From assembly GCA_002269645.1 (NCBI GenBank), contig NIVC01001851.1, positions 1-27,443 of the forward strand: DNA of 27,443 bases. The letters are read 5' to 3'. Numbering within the stretch: position 1 is the stretch's first letter; the number at the start of each line of letters is the position of its first letter. A program made the position numbers and the translations under genes. The DNA is from Macrostomum lignano (lineage: Eukaryota). Shown piece by piece: positions 1-10,100 of the stretch. The notes beneath the pieces were generated by a model that had not been told where the DNA came from, ran no database searches, and was given only the letters and a program-made list of their open reading frames with translations.

Positions 1-1249
1 GCTCCACCCCACACAGTCGCCTGTTCTCACTGCTAGCTGGTCTTCCCTTGACTCAGAGGGGGGGGGCGGTGCGTGTTGAGAGCAAGGGCAGACAGACAGA
101 CAGGGCGTGTGAGCGAGAAGAGCGAAGGCTGAGCAAGAGGCCCCCTTCCAGACACGGAGGAGTACGGACGAGATCTCTGACTTGAATTGAGGAGATTTTT
201 GTGGAAGCTTTGAAAAACGGAGAGCGGAGGCGAGCACCTCGGTTAAAGAGGCCTGCCTGGACTCTAGACCAGAGTCTTGAAAGACGCTAGGGTTTGCCTT
301 TGTTTGTCAGTAAATCTTTGAGCACGCCAAGGGGCATTCTTATTTTTTCTACCTTAATATATGCCACAGCGTATTTCACTTCTTTGCTTTGCTCTCCTAC
401 TATAGCCTACTGTGAGCTCAGGCAGTCCAATGAAGGAAAGCACTACTGTCCGTTAAGTCAAGCAAACACTCTTCCTGCTCAACTACTCGTTCTCACTCTT
501 ACTCACCCTCGAATGGCCCTTGATAGCTGAGTCTGTGCCCGGACAAAGTCAGTGCATTTTATATTAGAATATCGTACAGAGACCGTGTAACAACTTGCAC
601 AAAAATTTGGTCGCAATTTTGGACTCGAAGTTTTGACTGCAATTGATATTTGAAATTTGTGCAACAATTTGTCTGAAATTGCGTTCCAATGCAAGATATA
701 AAAATATGCATAATCAGATCGCCTGTTACCCGTGCCACTCGTTGCGAGCTAGAATTGTCAGTTGACAAAGTCCACAAAACGATGGAAGCAAGACTTTAAT
801 TCGCTACAAATCGCTCGATTCCCTCAGAGTTCGTTCCACTCTTTAGGGAACGCTATTGCGCAGATGCAGAAGAAAAGAAGAAAAATTGCTGACTTTTGCC
901 TTCAGCCGGGCAAACTGCATATAGTAGTTTCCTCTGAGGACAGCAGATGCTTCCTAGTTATTAGGGGCCCTGTAAAGCTGGCCCGGATTTTATGGTTTAA
1001 GCTCGGCTTTTCGCACGAAATTAGCTTTTCCCAAGTTTTACGCCGGAACGTTTAATGGCCGAGCTTGTTGCTGGATCAGGATGCAGGGAAGGAGGGATGC
1101 AGACTTACTGCTTGGGAAATGGGTGAAATAGCGAGGGATAAAGAGGCCGTGGAATGGATTTTGAGAGAATTTTATAAAACAGATAAAGACAGGAGCTTAT
1201 CTGCATTTTAAATTTGTCTTGCAAAGCAAGACTTGGAACATGGGGAGGA

Positions 1250-1600
1250 CCAGAGCCAAGTGGTCTAGCGTGGCGTAAAGTGGTCTTACGTACCACTAAC
1301 GTACCAGTGGCCCGTGCTCGATCTCAAGTGCAGCCATACTAATTTTGCTTGGGTCTACTCGTGCAATTAACGGCCTTGAGAGCCAACCCCAAGGCACAGT
1401 GAAGTGTACATGCCAACGATAAATAAAGTCAGGGTCCTGTGTACACTCCTGTGTGAACGTGTGCCTGTGTGTGTATGACTGCGTACGTGTCCGCGCTCTT
1501 GTGTGCCTGCTCAGGGAGTCGACGGAACTTGGCCAGTAATGCCTCTCGCCGGTTGTGTGACAATGTCGCTTAAGCTCCCTGCCTCATACACACACAAAAA
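1250..1600 (+). mobile_element. Possible tRNA-derived SINE (degenerate)
   Basis: A-box-like TGGTCTAGCGTGG (1261-1273), B-box-like GCTCGATCT (1316-1324), (CA)n/A tail near 1586-1600; boundaries approximate, no TSD found. Confidence 0.3.
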
Positions 1601-1665
1601 GAACTATACTTGTTATAAAAGACCTGCGGCCACCCAATTCTAGTAGAAACGAAACGATGCAGTGA

Positions 1666-1729
1666 ATAGACAGACAGTATTTCAGGAAGTTTTGCGCATA
1701 GACAGACAGTATTTCAGGAAGTTTTGCGC
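1666..1729. repeat. Perfect 32-bp tandem duplication (ATAGACAGACAGTATTTCAGGAAGTTTTGCGC x2)
   Basis: Direct reading of sequence. Confidence 0.95.
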
Positions 1730-3627
1730 TTCCAAACTTCCCATTCCTCGAATTTCCACTCCCCAAGCTTCTTAAAGTTTCGCCGCCAATGACTCTTTTT
1801 CCCAGGCTAAGAGACAATGAGCGTGGCAACCGAAATCTAAATGTCATGATCTCTAGACTATAGCCAGCAAGCTTGCAATTAAAAACACAGAGGGTCTCAA
1901 TGACCAACGAAAGCATAGACCGGCTTTCTCAAGCAAGCAACACGCAAGCTCACATGCGGTGTGCACCAGTCAGCAAGCAAAAGGGCATTCGTTCAAGCGG
2001 TAACAGGAAAACGATCTAGAATGTAATTAGGTTTGTCTCCTTTGTACAACTGCAAGGCCCTTACATGTAATTACAGCACGAGAGGGTTTTGCTGCATGGA
2101 CATGACTATAGTTAACATTAAAGATAAAATTAATAGATTAATAGGAAAAATGAGGGCCATCGATGCTTGTAATTAGCAACTGGTCGCATCTACACAATTG
2201 ATTCAGCGCTGTGAGGCCCCCAGGCCCATAAAACTCGTCTGAGAATGGGGAGAGAGATCGCTTTTAATAGTCAACAAAGGGAGGAATCGAATGCGAGGAG
2301 GGCACGCAGTAGTGAAGGCCCTTCGGATTTCGGATAGGGGAGTCTAGGGACTAAGTGATTGCGTAATCGGCTGGTCTGAAGAGTTGCAGCTAGCGGGACG
2401 GGGCCTAAGCTGCCTCCATTTCGATTAGATCCCAACCGTCACCCTCTCCGATTGCTTGTCTCGCCTCCTCATTCTCAACTAAATCTCCAAGCGAACTTCT
2501 TTCCAGTAAGGCAGAGCATGAGAGCGCTACCAGAGTACGGGCCCATGGGCCCGATAAAATCTGCTTAGATTAGGTTTAGCACGCAAGATGGCTGCAGAGG
2601 TGATGATGGATGCTGCGATGGTGATTTGGGAGTGTTATATCGAATCTCGCAGCTTGTCCGAATTGGAATTAGATGAAAAGCGAATTGAATTATGGCCTCT
2701 ACACCCTGTTCCCAGCGAATGTAGATCCTAGCTCACAATGATCTTCTTATTTCAATTTCACTCTTCCAAGAGATGTTAAAGTTAAATTCTGTCTACAGAC
2801 TGTGTCCATTCTTTCCATGCTATTTTGACAGGCTGCCGAAGCTGTTGCGTCATACATATAGATCTTGCAGCTGCGCGGCAAGGTTCTTATCAACTGCCCC
2901 GAACCCCATCAGCCAAAGCACCTGACCCCCGCCTACATACAGCGGACAGCGCCGGATAAACATATCAATGCCAAGCCTTCCGCTTACCCCTTGCCCAGAA
3001 ACCGCGCGCGTGCAGATCAGCCAAGAAATCAAAACAATTGGATCCAGTCAGTGCTTTAAATCAAATTTGGGAGAAGACTTTTGGCTTTTTAGACAAATAC
3101 ATGCTTCAGCTACTAGAAGTAGTGTGATTAGTGTTACGGTAAACAATTAGTATGTTGATTAGATTAGCACAAGAGCATTTGTAAGGTTATCAATATTGAA
3201 ACAGAATGCAATGCAAAGCAAGCATTGGCTAAATATATTTCTATGCAATTTACAATTATAGTATAACAGGCCATAAAACCAACAAATCGTATAATTTCTG
3301 GAGGCCAATTTCCTGGAAAAATGCACTGCGGAGATAGGAAAAATCTATTTCATCACATAAAAATGATTATTTCATCCCATAATCACAGGTTGCATTTGAT
3401 CTGGGCAGTGAAGATATAGCTGTGTAGTAAAACTTAAACTTTTAATTTCCTATTATTTTCTTTTTATTCATTAAGCCGAAAAGTTGTAGATCCTCTCATG
3501 TGGCATTCGCTAACTTTTTGTCTCGTTCCTTCTTGAATCAAGTATATTTGTAATAAAAATGTTGCATTCAGGTACTCTTAAGCCATTATTATAGGTATAA
3601 CTCCAGTTCAATGCATGAGGTTCCTAT

Positions 3628-3767
3628 CAGGGACTACTAAATTAGTATAGTCCCTGGTTCTTGCATACATGAAGTTCATCATGAACAAGCATGAAGTTTC
3701 TACATGCTTCATAAAAGGGCCACTAAGAATGATCTAGAACACTTCGTCTAGTCTATAGTAGTCCTTG
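3628..3767. mobile_element. Small MITE-like segment with CAGGGACTACTA inverted ends and an internal 9-bp hairpin (3628-3656)
   Basis: 11/12 inverted match between 3628-3639 and 3756-3767; no TSD seen. Confidence 0.35.
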
Positions 3768-3809
3768 ACTTCAAACACAGCAAGCGCATACAGCAGGTTA
3801 TACAGGGGG

Positions 3810-4133
3810 CATCACAAACCCGAAAAATCACAACTCTGAAAAGCGCTTTTCATCATAAACCCGAAATATCACAAACCCGAAATATCATAAACCCGAAATA
3901 TCATAAACCCGAAATATCATAAACCCGAAATATCATAAACCCGAAAGTTCTAGCAATGATATTTCGGGTTTGTGATGAGCGTTGCTAACACTTTCCGAGT
4001 TATGATATTTCGGGTTTGTGATACGAGTACTTCGGGTTTGTGATCTTTCGGGTTTGCGATCTTTCGGGTTTGCGATCTTTCGGGTTTATGATGGGAAGTG
4101 CCTTCGGAGTTGTGATTTTTCGGGTTTATGATG
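3810..4133. mobile_element. Foldback-type MITE: long imperfect inverted arms built from AAACCCGAAA(T/G)ATCA(T/C) subrepeats
   Basis: Left arm CATCACAAACCCGAAAAATCACAACTCTGAA... mirrors right arm ...TTCGGAGTTGTGATTTTTCGGGTTTATGATG; 16-bp tandem units on the left, reverse-complement units on the right. Confidence 0.7.
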
Positions 4134-4151
4134 GCGACCCAACGAGGGCCC

Positions 4152-4391
4152 CTCATTTACTCATGCCCTCATTTACTCATGCCCTCATTTACTCATGCCC
4201 TCATGTACTCATGCCCTCATGTACTCATGCCCTCATTTACTCATGCCCTCATTTACTCATGCCCTCATTTACTCATGCCATCATGTACTCATGCCCTCAT
4301 TTACTCATGCCCTCATTTACTCATGCCCTCATTTACTTATGCCCTCATTTACTCATACCCCTCATACCCCATGCCACCCATGCCCCATGCA
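4152..4391. repeat. 16-bp minisatellite (CTCATTTACTCATGCC, about 12 copies) with degenerate tail
   Basis: 16-aa periodicity in all three + frames of the ORF track. Confidence 0.95.
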
Positions 4392-4460
4392 AGGATTTCT
4401 GTATAAAAAAAGCTAGAGTTTTAGTTATAGATTTCTTCTTTCCGTAAACCACCTTGAAAT

Positions 4461-5221
4461 CAGGGGCGTCGCCACCGGGGGGGGGCAGGTGGGACATTTC
4501 CCCCCAGTAAAAAGGACATGCCAATGCTTTGTCCCCAACCCCACCTTTCTTGACTTGTTATGGAAATCAATAATTTTGCTTCAGGGCGACAAAACATAGC
4601 GCCTGAGGCACCAAAATGAGTGCCTGCCGCGCTAAAATGAGTGCCTGCCGCGCTAAAATCAGTGCCTGCCGCGCTAAAATGAGTGCCTGCCGCGCTAAAA
4701 TGAGTGCCTGCCGCGCTAAAATGAGTGCCTGCGGCGCTAAAATTAGTGCCTACCGCGCTAAAATGAGTGCCTGCAGCGCTAAAATGAGTGCCTGCCGCGC
4801 TAAAATGAGTGCCTGCGGCGCTAAAATGAGTGCCTGCCGCGCTAAAATGAGTGCCTGCGGCGCTAAAATGAGTGCCTGCCGCGCTAAAATGAGTGCCTGC
4901 CGCGCTAAAATGAGTGCCTGCGGCGCTAAAATGAGTGCCTGCCGCGCTAAAATGAGTGCCTGCGGTGCTAAAATGAGTGCCTGCCGCGCTAAAATGAGTG
5001 CCTGCCGCGCTAAAATGAGTGCCTGCGGCGCTAAAATGAGTGCCTGCGGCGCTAAAATGAGTGCCTGCGGCGCTAAAATGAGTGCCTGCGGCGCTAAAAT
5101 GAGTGCTGGCAACACCGATTCTGAAAATAATATACATGTAGAAATTTAGTCTTGCACTGTACATGTACATGTAGAATTCTTGGATTTGCCCCTCACCACA
5201 AAATCCATGACGATGCCCCTG
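4461..5221. mobile_element. Non-autonomous DNA-transposon-like element with 14-bp imperfect TIRs (CAGGGGCGTCGCCA / TGACGATGCCCCTG)
   Basis: 12/14 inverted match at the termini; CAGGGG-type ends resemble hAT/PIF MITEs; no TSD recognisable. Confidence 0.55.
4613..5106. repeat. 21-bp minisatellite (AAAATGAGTGCCTGCCGCGCT, about 23-24 copies)
   Basis: 7-aa periodic ORFs (MSACRAK / AAGTHFS). Confidence 0.97.
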
Positions 5222-5996
5222 CTGATTGATTGATTGATCAAAAACATGCTAGCATACCCATTTTGAAGAGTTCAAACAATAAATAAATATTGTAGGCTTA
5301 AATATAGGCTTAAATAAAATTGATTTTTACAAATTTCCAAACGTCAAACGTCACCCAAAACCTGCAGTCGTGGGTGCCAATTTTTTCTTCGACAAAAGTA
5401 AAACGACTCACTCATCCAAGCCTTCCGTGCTTCTGACTCCTATCGCATACAGCGTGACACCGTCTTTTTGGATATTCGACACTGATATTCGACACTGCGT
5501 GACATCATATTGATTTTGGACTTTTGGGGTACACAGACCATAGTGTCAGTTTTGAAGCAACTCTGTCAAAATAGAATCGAACTTTGCGGCCCAACCGGTC
5601 AGGCTATTTGTAAGTGTGTGTAAAAGGATGGAGAATAAGAAATTTAATCAATACTTTTAGATCCCAAAAGCAAGGTCACAATAAGCCGATTTCGCACAGA
5701 TAACTTCAGCACCGTTTAGGCTTTCATTGTATTACTTTGTTACCGAATTCTCCCAAGAGAAGTTGACTAAACGTGCATTGTCAAAAATTGAGCCGGAGTT
5801 TGTCAAAATTAAAGTCTGATCTGTCAATATTGATTGTATATTTTGAGTGCCCGACCATAGAGTGTCAATATTGAAGAGGAGTTTGTCAGTTTCGAAGTTC
5901 TCCTAGTTTAAAATCGAGGGTAAAAGGTGTATTGCTTCAGCTGGTCTTTTTCATTTACGTACTTATATTGAAGCCTTTGCTTCGTTCGTCTTCGGC

Positions 5997-6203
<207 letters not shown>

Positions 6204-6540
6204 CTTTAACTTCAGCTGCAAGGCGAGTGGCCCAGCACCGGTAAGCATCACACTGGCTTAATGTTTAGTTAAGCCAAAAGTGCATGTATGGTTTTTATGA
6301 CACATAAATTTAGCAGGTCGATGCTTGCTTCCGCAAAGCTTTCCTCAAAAGTTTCAAAAAGTACTCACAATAGAAAAAGTTGCCATAGACAGCCTTCTCG
6401 TGATACAGGCTTTTGAATTCAAGCAGAATCGAGCTAGTTTCGTCTTGAGATTTAGTACTATTTGCCGCAGTCAATTCCAGTTATTTTGATTCAGGTACTT
6501 ACTTAATATTTAACCAGAACTTACCGATTCATTTTAAAAA

Positions 6541-7109
6541 ATGCTCACAAACTGTGGCAAATGCTTTTTGAAAGCTCTGTCCGTCAGCACTGCCTTGCTT
6601 CTCATGCATCAGATTGAGCTCAGCTGCTCGACAAGCCCCTGCATTACTCAGCTCGACTTGGTGGTCGCAGTGGACACATCGTCTTCATGCTCTCAAACAC
6701 AGTTCGACAGGCTGCTCTCAGAGGTGAAGGCCTTGGTCTCTAAATTTCCAATCGGTCCCACAAAAACTCGACTGGCTCTGATCGGCATGTCGCAGACTGC
6801 GCAGGTTCTCGCCAACTTCGACGACCTGACGTCTCTGTCGGACTTCAACTCCGCGGTCGACAGGCTGACGATGAGTTCCGAACGAGCCGAAATCTCTAAG
6901 GGCATCAAGCTGGCTCGGGAGTCCGTGCTCAACAAGGCCAGGGCTGCTCCGACTCCAAGACTCTTAGCTCTAGTAAAGGACGGGCAGTGCGCTGAGAGAA
7001 TAACGGGATCGAGCGACGCGGAACTGGCTTCGATTGAGTCGGAAGTCGCAGCCGCGCGGTCGATGGAAAGCGCAGTGCACGCAGTCGGAATCGGCGGGTT
7101 GTGGAACAG
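6541..7109 (+). CDS. Gene A coding exon 1: signal peptide plus VWA1
   Basis: ATG 6541, donor AG|GTGAGA at 7110; DxSxS motif DTSSS; same length (569 nt) as exon 1 of gene B. Confidence 0.9.
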
Positions 7110-10100
7110 GTGAGACAAATAAATTTGCACCAGCTTCAAAACTGCATTTGAGAAGAGAATAGCTAAATATTTTATGAGGATTAAATTGGCAAGTACCTTA
7201 GTAATTAAAAAATCCCAATGATATACAGCGAAAATTCTCTGTGTGCTCAAAAGAAAGAGTTCTTTCTGACTTCTTTCGAGATTCCAATCATAATAAATGT
7301 CCGGTGTGGACCGGAATAGCACAATCAAGAGCTGAATTTACCGAAGCTTGTGTTAAAAAAGCAACTTATACAGTGATTGCTGGCTGATCAAGTTTAATTT
7401 TCAGGAGGCAAAGTATTCGTTTCGCTGATTGCTATTTCCGTTGATAAAAGTATGCAGCTATCTAAGATTGCTATCTCTAATTTCTAATAATTTTAGCAAG
7501 GAGCTGAAGGCCATTTTCGGAACAAACTACCTGCTCTTCAAGAACACGAACAAGGCTATGGAGTCCGTCAAGTCTCTAAACAAAAAATTATGCCCGCCAT
7601 CAACCTGCAAAAACTCGGGGCGGACGGTGAAGCCTGAAACTTGCTTTAAAAAATCGCAGCACGTACTGACGGTGAATGTTGCTGGCGCTTTCACCGCGTC
7701 AGGCGTGGGAGTCTGCAGACAGCAGATCGCGAGTTCATTTCAGTCCTGCAGTGAGTTTCTACTGCATTTGTATTTGGAAAAATTCAACTATGGCATAAGT
7801 GTCCATTTGTGTGCTTTGACCATTAAGTTGAAAAAACTAATTTAATTTGTTGTTATTAATGGACCTACAAATTAAAAACATTCAAAATAATCTTGGAATA
7901 TTATAATATATTATATATTATATATTATAAGAATATAATATGTAATATAATGTATATTATTCATCGGGATTAAAGACAGCTGCTGATCTGTTTTTTGTCC
8001 AGGCTCATCCAAAGAACAATCCCGAACGGCATCCTCACCTCATCATCTGTGCAAACACTCCAGTTCTTCACCACATTCGGCAACTGCTCCTTGTCGGCGC
8101 ACTCCTCAAATATCCTCAATGCTCTACGATTCGTCCAGGTCTTCCCGCTGACAATGATTCCATCAGTAATTCCGAATTCAGAAAGTCTTCTTCGTTTCCA
8201 TCAGCTGAAGCTGGAGGCGTCCAATCTGGGCAAACCCCTGATGTTCCTGGAAACTCGGATTCATTCACAGCATCCATTCCAGAGTGAACCAACTGCCACT
8301 CTGGTATCTCACCAGCTTTCTTTGCCTCCATGCTTCTTCTTCTTCGTCTTCTTTGCCGAATAGAGAGTTTTAAAAATTTTAAAAGCTTCACAAAATACTT
8401 GCAGAAGAGAAGAAGTCCTGCAGCAAGATGGAGCGAAGTCTTGGCGCATGCAAAGCTGACGGCAATTTGCTCATCTCAGAGACGCTGCAGTTCTTCGACA
8501 GAAAAAAACAATCGTGCGTGACACATACAGAGAAGCATAAAGTCGACTGCTGTAAGTTTCTTGTTCATCTTATTTATGTCAGTTAGTCAGTCAGTCAGTC
8601 AGTCAGTCAGTCAGTCAGTCAGTCAGTCAGTCAGTCAGTCAGTCAGTCAGTCAGTCAGTCAGTCAGTCAGTCAGTCAGTCAGTCAGTCAGTCAGTCAGTC
8701 AGTCAGTCAGTCAGTCAGTCAGTCAGTCAGTCAGTCAGTCAGTCAGTCAGTCAGTCAGTCAGTCAGTCAGTCAGTCAGTCAGTCAGTCAGTCAGTCAGTC
8801 AGTCAGTCAGTCAGTCAGTCAGTCAGTCAGTCAGTCAGTCAGTCAGTCAGTCAGTCAGTCAGTCAGTCAGTCAGTCAGTCAGTCAGTCAGTCAGTCAGTC
8901 AGTCAGTCAGTCAGTCAGTCAGTCAGTCAGTCAGTCAGTCAGTCAGTCAGTCAGTCAGTCAGTCAGTCAGTCAGTCAGTCAGTCAGTCAGCCACTCACTC
9001 ACTCAAGTCAGTCAGTCAGTCAGTCAGTCAGTCAGTCAGTCAGTCAGTCAGTCAGTCAGTCAGTCATTCAGTCAGTCAGTCAGTCAGTCAGTCAGTCAGT
9101 CAGTCAGTCAGTCAGTCAGTCAGTCAATCAGTCAGTCAGTCAGTCAGTCAGTCAGTCAGTCAGTCAGTCAGTCAGTCAGTCAGTCAGTCAGTCAGTCAGT
9201 CAGTCAGTCAGTCAGTCAGTCAGTCAGTCAGTCAGTCAGTCAGTCAGTCAGTCAGTCAGTCAGTCTGCAGACATATCTATTTTAGCCCGAGCGATAGAGT
9301 GCGAAAACCAAGTCGGTGATGTAATGATAATGCTGGACCAGTCTTCAACAGTGAGGTCGAAGTACCGCACAATTACGAATTCGGCAAGAGAGCTGATCAA
9401 ATCGATGAACATCGGGCCTAAAAATGTTCATTTAGGTGTTACATATTTCAACGGCTTGCAATTCGCACCGGGCGTGTTCTATTCTGAGTCGCTCAAAGTC
9501 AAGGTAGCGATTGGCGAAGAGTTTAATAAGCAGGCAATTCTAAAAATCGTAGACGAGATGGCGAACACCACTGACTTCGGTCACACGTACACTGGTGACG
9601 CGCTAGTAAAAGTCGGTGCAATTCTTGAATCAAAAGGCCGACGAAACGTTAACAAAGCCATAATTGTCATCACGGATGGCTCAAGCGATGATCCGAAGGT
9701 TTTGTTTAATGCCGTATCGGTTTTGAAGAGTCGCGGAGTTACTATCTATGCCATCGGAGTCAAGCCTCTAAGCGAAGGGGCCATACTAAATCTGTGAGTT
9801 GAAGAAAATTGGCTTTGAAAAACTTGGTGGATAATTTTACATACAAGTAATTAATGACTACCTACATAGCCGTGTTGTAAAATACTTGAGTAACTATCAC
9901 CTTTGCTTCGCCTGATGTTTTACTTTTTCAACAGGGAGGAGCTGAAGATGATGACGGCTCCGGAATCTGATAAGAATCTTTTCCTCTTGGAAAAATTTGA
10001 TCAGCTGAAGGATTGGGCGAAAAAATTCTCGCTTCAGCTCTGCATGGAGTTAAAGCCACTAAGCCCAGAGCTGTGCAGTGCTGATGTTCAGTTCAAGTCC

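Noticed and set aside
54-340. G-run resembling a polypurine tract followed by a possible LTR
   Set aside because: No second LTR, terminal inverted motif or TSD visible; cannot be supported from this window.
2820-3050. Coding-like patch (minus strand ADLHARGFWARG) reminiscent of non-LTR endonuclease motifs
   Set aside because: Too short and frame-broken to assign.
4152-5106. CRISPR-like regular repeats
   Set aside because: Head-to-tail tandem units without unique spacers; eukaryotic context.
4040-5170. Long ORFs (135, 236, 177, 121 aa)
   Set aside because: Fully explained by stop-free 16-bp and 21-bp tandem repeats.
5471-5900. 13-bp tandem duplication and recurring TGTCAA(A/T)ATT motifs
   Set aside because: Suggestive of a decayed repeat, but no boundaries could be defined.
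6693-7328. 211-aa antisense ORF
   Set aside because: Shadow of VWA1 exon 1 plus intron; not conserved as such in gene B.
8561-9319. 252-aa (SQSV)n ORF
   Set aside because: Microsatellite inside a GT-AG intron; the in-frame read-through from exon 3 is stopped at 8583-8585.
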